This document shows positions 34,090 to 37,101 of a stretch of 37,101 nt of DNA, in pieces (the first letter of the stretch is position 1; each line of letters starts with the position of its first letter). The notes beneath the pieces are model-generated. The model saw nothing but the letters and a program-made list of their open reading frames with translations. It had not been told where the DNA came from and searched no databases. Source of the DNA: Clostridia bacterium (GTDB lineage: Bacteria > Bacillota > Clostridia > Christensenellales > CAG-138); the NCBI GenBank assembly GCA_045576895.1, contig JAZNHI010000015.1, positions 1-37,101 of the forward strand, written 5' to 3'. A program made the position numbers and the translations under genes.

Positions 34090-34127
34090 AGGATAACACA
34101 ACAATTTATGTTTGTCAAGCATAAATT
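34090..34127 (-). promoter_or_regulatory. promoter with overlapping inverted-repeat operator for the DUF2975-HTH operon
   Basis: Reverse strand TTGACA (34118-34113), 17-nt spacer, TGtTATCCT (34095-34090). The inverted repeat AATTTATG (34103-34110) / CATAAATT (34120-34127) brackets the -35 box. Confidence 0.5.
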
Positions 34128-34173
34128 AACGTAAAACGTAAAAATATTTATGAAACGTGAAATAACGCTACGG

Positions 34174-34836
34174 TCAACAATCGAGACGCTTGAATGCATT
34201 CCGACACCAAAGGAACACGGAGGAGAACGCTTCGTCAAAATCGGAATCATCGGTGATTCCTGCAAGGTCGAGCATGGCGCGGTCTTCGTCCGAAACGACA
34301 GAATACAGATCCCGTTTTGCAAGCACAAATGTGCCTGTTTCCAGATAGTGCAGATTCTGAATCAGGAAGAACAGGTCCTTTGAACGGGCGCGCAGCTTTT
34401 CGATATTTCTCGGTTGATCCGAATGGATATAGCGGTGGCACAGGGCGTGGTACAGATTCCCGAGACTCAGCTTGCAGTAATTGATCTCATCCGCGCGTGT
34501 CGCTTCCGGCAGATAATCGGACAGCGTTCCGAACAGATCCTTTGTCGTATGCTTGATCTGGCAGATTTCAAGCGGGTTCCAACGCAGCATTTCTTCACGT
34601 CCGCAGATAAAACCGCAGGACAGCTCGAAATGTCCGATCCGTTTCAGAATGGATCGGTATACGTCCATATCCGCAACGCCGAACCGATCCAAAAGGACCA
34701 TCACGTCGATATCGCTGCGTTCATGTGCCTCTCCGCGGAGCCAGCTTCCCTGCAGACCGATATACAGGAGACGATCGGAAAATGCCTCCTTGCACGCAGC
34801 GATCAGTTCATACAAATATTTGTTCAGATCAATCAT
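34174..34836 (-). CDS. nucleotidyltransferase-domain protein (Pol-beta superfamily, ANT-like) with helical C-terminal domain
   Basis: GLQGSWLRGEAHERSDIDVMVLL matches the G[SG]-x10-DxD nucleotidyltransferase motif. Confidence 0.75.
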   Translation of the reverse strand: MIDLNKYLYELIAACKEAFSDRLLYIGLQGSWLRGEAHERSDIDVMVLLDRFGVADMDVYRSILKRIGHFELSCGFICGREEMLRWNPLEICQIKHTTKDLFGTLSDYLPEATRADEINYCKLSLGNLYHALCHRYIHSDQPRNIEKLRARSKDLFFLIQNLHYLETGTFVLAKRDLYSVVSDEDRAMLDLAGITDDSDFDEAFSSVFLWCRNAFKRLDC

Positions 34837-35288
34837 AATTGCCTCAGATTCATAACAAGCTCGATTTCGTCTTCGTCCTCGACGCCGGTAGCGGAAAACC
34901 CTTTGCGCTCATAGAGCCTTCTTGCTGCGGAATTGTTTTTGTTGCAGGTCAAAGCAACCCGGTCCGAATCACCGAACGGTTTTGTGCGGATATACGCAAT
35001 CACACGGTCCAAAGCTTCGCTGCCGTAGCCGCGTCCCTGTTCCGATGCGTCGATCATCATATGCCAGATATCGTATTCAGGAATATCATAATCATAAATC
35101 ACCATGACGTACCCGACCATTCTTCCCGCCGCATAGATGCCGAACGGCTGACACTGATTTCTGTAAACGTACGCCTGCGCAAGGCTTCGTATCGGATGAG
35201 AAACGAACTGATCCTGTTCAGGCGCAAGCCTGAGATTGAACGCATCTATGAAGTTTTCTTCCGTGATTGGTCTTAACTCTGTTTTCAT
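34833..35288 (-). CDS. GNAT family N-acetyltransferase
   Basis: MIDASEQGRGYGSEALDRVIAYI...NSAARRLYERKGF is the acetyl-CoA binding motif A. ATGA overlap with the nucleotidyltransferase gene. Confidence 0.85.
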   Translation of the reverse strand: MKTELRPITEENFIDAFNLRLAPEQDQFVSHPIRSLAQAYVYRNQCQPFGIYAAGRMVGYVMVIYDYDIPEYDIWHMMIDASEQGRGYGSEALDRVIAYIRTKPFGDSDRVALTCNKNNSAARRLYERKGFSATGVEDEDEIELVMNLRQL

Positions 35289-35322
35289 GACCAGATCCTC
35301 ATATAAGTAACTGATTGAGATG

Positions 35323-35351
35323 ATTATACCCGAATACTACGTATTTTTCAA
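35323..35351 (-). promoter_or_regulatory. sigma-A-type promoter for the GNAT-nucleotidyltransferase pair
   Basis: Reverse strand TTGAAA (35351-35346), 17-nt spacer, TATAAT (35328-35323). Confidence 0.6.
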
Positions 35352-35382
35352 TCATTCAGAGCAATAAAACGCCTTCTGGGAA

Positions 35383-35560
35383 AAGTGTTATTTGCACTGT
35401 CGGCGCAAGTGATATTTTTGTCGCAATCGGCAGAAGTGATGTTTCTCCCTGCGGTCACAGTGATGAAAAGTGTTCCGCTCACGCACGAATTGCACATCAC
35501 TTGCGAAGCAAACATCACGCCGAAAGGCGCATCACGTTCCGCAGGAGCGGATCACATCGT
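35383..35560. repeat. array of hairpin+ATCAC modules: 3x AGTGAT then 4x ATCAC (diverging half-arrays)
   Basis: GTGAT at 35409, 35436 and 35460. ATCAC at 35496, 35514, 35531 and 35551. Adjacent small hairpins include TTGC-GAA-GCAA, GCC-GAAA-GGC, TCCGC-AGGA-GCGGA and TGTCG-CAAT-CGGCA. Confidence 0.85.
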
Positions 35561-35562
35561 TG

Positions 35563-35602
35563 AAAAAAGCGTCTTTTGTCTATCGACAAAAGACGCTTTT
35601 TT
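35563..35602. terminator. strong bidirectional intrinsic terminator (serves the methyltransferase gene on the - strand)
   Basis: AAAAAA-GCGTCTTTTGTC-tatc-GACAAAAGACGC-TTTTTT, a perfect 12-bp stem with flanking A and T tracts. Confidence 0.85.
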
Positions 35603-35652
35603 CATGTAAAAGTACACTAAACCATAGAAAGAACGCGTAAAAGGCATTCCGG

Positions 35653-36249
35653 TCATTCTGCCCGGCAAAGCACATTGATCCAGCGTTCATCCGCCCTGTC
35701 AGGCCGAGCGTCGCCGGTTATCCACAGATCGATCTCATGAAAACCGCCTGTTTCCTCGAGCAAACTGCGGAGCGATGTTTCCGTAAAGTCCGAAAAGACT
35801 CTGCCGTTCCTGTCTCTTTCAGTCTCCCCATATTTGAAGGACGCATAAAAAACACCGTCCGTTTTCAGAGCGCGGCGGATCAAGCGCAGTACCTGGGGCA
35901 GTTCGGCCTTTCTTGTATGCAGGATAGAAGCGCAAGCCCAGACGCCGTCGAAAGTGTCCACGTAGTCCAATTCCTCAAAACGCAGGCAGCGGACGGGACA
36001 GCCGACTCGCTTATGGGTATAATCGCACAATTCCGGGCATCCATCCACAGCAAGCACGCAATTACCCTGCTGTGCAAAATAGAGGGACGCGCCGCCTGCC
36101 CCGCAGCCGAGATCCAGGATGTTGCCGCCGGAGGGCACATAGGTCAGGAATTTGCGGTAAAGGTCCGACATATCCACGGTCTCTGTTCGTTCAATAAACG
36201 CCTCCGCGTTTTCTTGATACCAATGCAGCGTATCATTGGGATTGGGCAT
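35653..36249 (-). CDS. class I SAM-dependent methyltransferase (Methyltransf_11/25-like)
   Basis: ILDLGCGAGGASLYFA is motif I, with GVFYASF downstream. AAGGAGGAG RBS. Confidence 0.85.
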   Translation of the reverse strand: MPNPNDTLHWYQENAEAFIERTETVDMSDLYRKFLTYVPSGGNILDLGCGAGGASLYFAQQGNCVLAVDGCPELCDYTHKRVGCPVRCLRFEELDYVDTFDGVWACASILHTRKAELPQVLRLIRRALKTDGVFYASFKYGETERDRNGRVFSDFTETSLRSLLEETGGFHEIDLWITGDARPDRADERWINVLCRAE

Positions 36250-36283
36250 AGCGTCTCCTCCTTGGTCCTGATCCTATGGGATG

Positions 36284-36312
36284 ATTATACACTAATTACG
36301 CTGCGAAAGCAA
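36284..36312 (-). promoter_or_regulatory. candidate promoter for the methyltransferase gene
   Basis: Reverse strand TTGCTT (36312-36307), 17-nt spacer, TATAAT (36289-36284). Confidence 0.5.
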
Positions 36313-36349
36313 CAAAAAACCTCTCTTGCACTGGTAGACAAAAGAGGTT
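36313..36349 (-). terminator. intrinsic terminator after tRNA-Trp
   Basis: Reverse strand AACCTCTTTTG-loop-CAAGAGAGGTT (11 bp including one G.U) followed by TTTTTTG. Confidence 0.7.
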
Positions 36350-36356
36350 TCTTTGA

Positions 36357-36430
36357 TGGCAGGGGCAGAAGGACTCGAACCCTCAAGAACGGTTTTGGAG
36401 ACCGCTATGTTACCATTACATCATGCCCCT
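36357..36430 (-). tRNA. trnW: tRNA-Trp (anticodon CCA), 3' CCA encoded
   Basis: Reverse strand AGGGGCATGATGTAATGGTAACATAGCGGTCTCCAAAACCGTTCTTGAGGGTTCGAGTCCTTCTGCCCCTGCCA. The 7-bp acceptor stem is AGGGGCA/TGCCCCT. The anticodon loop is CTCCAAA. The T-loop is GGTTCGAGTCC. Confidence 0.9.
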
Positions 36431-36460
36431 AAAGTGCGGTTTTTTCGGTTCGCAATGCGT

Positions 36461-36489
36461 ATCATACCACAGCCGGAAACAAATTGCAA
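36461..36489 (-). promoter_or_regulatory. candidate promoter for tRNA-Trp
   Basis: Reverse strand TTGCAA (36489-36484), 17-nt spacer, TGgTATGAT (36466-36461). Leader of about 24 nt. Confidence 0.5.
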
Positions 36490-36506
36490 GTGTTTTTTAT
36501 GATCCG

Positions 36507-37001
36507 TCAGCCGATAAAGCGCCATTCTCCAGAATCACGCGCGGAGAGGTATTTCTGCAGGATCTCCTCCTCATCGTATTCATCAAGGACCGGTTCCTGG
36601 ATCGGCTCGTTGCACAGCCACGCATAATAGTCTGCGACCGCTTCGATCAAAGAAGACAGGATCTCTTCGATCGTCCAACGCGCCGTACATACCGGCAAAC
36701 GAATCATCGGAACGTCGTCCGGATTGTCAAACACCGGATAGGAGTCGAAATCTGCCCAATAGAACAGATATCCGACGCGTTTTCCTTTTCGTGTGACAAG
36801 ATAGTGTTTATATTCAAAATCAATCCACAGTGTGATCGGAAAACGGTATTCCGTTTCCAGCCAACGAAGGAAGGAATGCAATTCATGTTTCGTTTCCTTT
36901 GGAATTTTACTGTCGAAACAATAATTGAATCCCGGTTCAATGGCGTCTGAAACTTCAATCGAAACGCTCTGCGCTCTGTCCCATACGTTACCCTTTGTCA
37001 T
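36507..37001 (-). CDS. hypothetical acidic protein, no family recognised
   Basis: 164-aa ORF with a GGAAGTGG RBS. Composition is ordinary for coding sequence. I recognise no motif. Confidence 0.55.
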   Translation of the reverse strand: MTKGNVWDRAQSVSIEVSDAIEPGFNYCFDSKIPKETKHELHSFLRWLETEYRFPITLWIDFEYKHYLVTRKGKRVGYLFYWADFDSYPVFDNPDDVPMIRLPVCTARWTIEEILSSLIEAVADYYAWLCNEPIQEPVLDEYDEEEILQKYLSARDSGEWRFIG

Positions 37002-37017
37002 GCCTGAACCACTTCCT

Positions 37018-37101
37018 TACACAAACTGCACGATATAGTCATGCAGATTGCGGTAGGCGATGCGCTCGACCTCGGCGGGCGTGAAGCCCTCTTGTAAAAG
37101 C
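37018..37101 (-). CDS. 3' end of an upstream gene (C-terminus ...LLQEGFTPAEVERIAYRNLHDYIVQFV*), family undetermined
   Basis: Hand translation of the reverse strand ends at TAA (complement of 37018-37020). The tail resembles C-termini of amidohydrolase or dipeptidase-type enzymes but is too short to assign. Confidence 0.35.

Noticed and set aside
35385-35609. 74-aa ORF on the + strand
   Set aside because: It consists of the hairpin+ATCAC module array read through into the bidirectional terminator. It starts at a GTG with no RBS, and its periodic sequence reflects the DNA repeat rather than a protein.
33082-36430. Genomic island integrated at tRNA-Trp
   Set aside because: Accessory-looking genes lie downstream of the tRNA 3' end, but there is no integrase or recombinase. 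There is also no convincing direct repeat of the tRNA 3' end: only an 8-nt GGCAGAAG match at 35429-35436, which is within chance expectation.
1-37101. Mobile elements, prophage, or known defence / toxin-antitoxin systems
   Set aside because: No transposase, integrase, recombinase, reverse transcriptase, restriction-modification, Cas or recognisable toxin-antitoxin pair was found on either strand.

Overview
Moderately GC-rich, densely coding Clostridia-type chromosome. Dockerin modules plus yabP/yabQ/divIC sporulation genes suggest an Oscillospiraceae/Ruminococcaceae-like organism. I call about 38 protein genes and one tRNA-Trp.

The backbone is housekeeping: malQ (partial), psuG, a short alaS, ansA, rpmE, rho, yabP-yabQ-divIC-ppx-rlmA, recX, nnr and hflX. 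Interspersed are secreted or surface proteins: a dockerin-NlpC/P60 hydrolase, a BspA-type LRR protein, a VanW/G5 lipoprotein, a metallophosphoesterase lipoprotein, a dockerin-HExxH peptidase and a large LTD-CotH lipoprotein. Small regulatory modules are also present: LytTR+DUF3021 with an alpha/beta hydrolase, XRE-HTH+DUF2975, and an ABC-2 exporter. I found no transposase, integrase, CRISPR array, cas gene or recognisable defence system.

The most unusual signal is non-coding. A dispersed family of 16-27 nt modules (a short, variable hairpin plus a conserved ATATC[A/G]/ATCAC tag) forms arrays at three intergenic loci: 6934-6980, 9681-9856 and 35383-35560. Two of these bracket an LRR surface-protein gene that sits on the opposite strand between rho and rpmE.

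Other items worth checking:
- a leader with two tandem terminator hairpins ahead of the LRR gene
- a C-Ala-less AlaRS translationally coupled to a DUF695/RraB-like gene
- HflX carrying an N-terminal domain with a complete JAMM motif
- Rho with an AT-hook and Q/N/R-rich insertion
- a LytTR regulatory system with phased direct repeats that share a core with repeats in a second intergenic region

All family assignments come from motif and sequence recognition by eye. No database search was possible.
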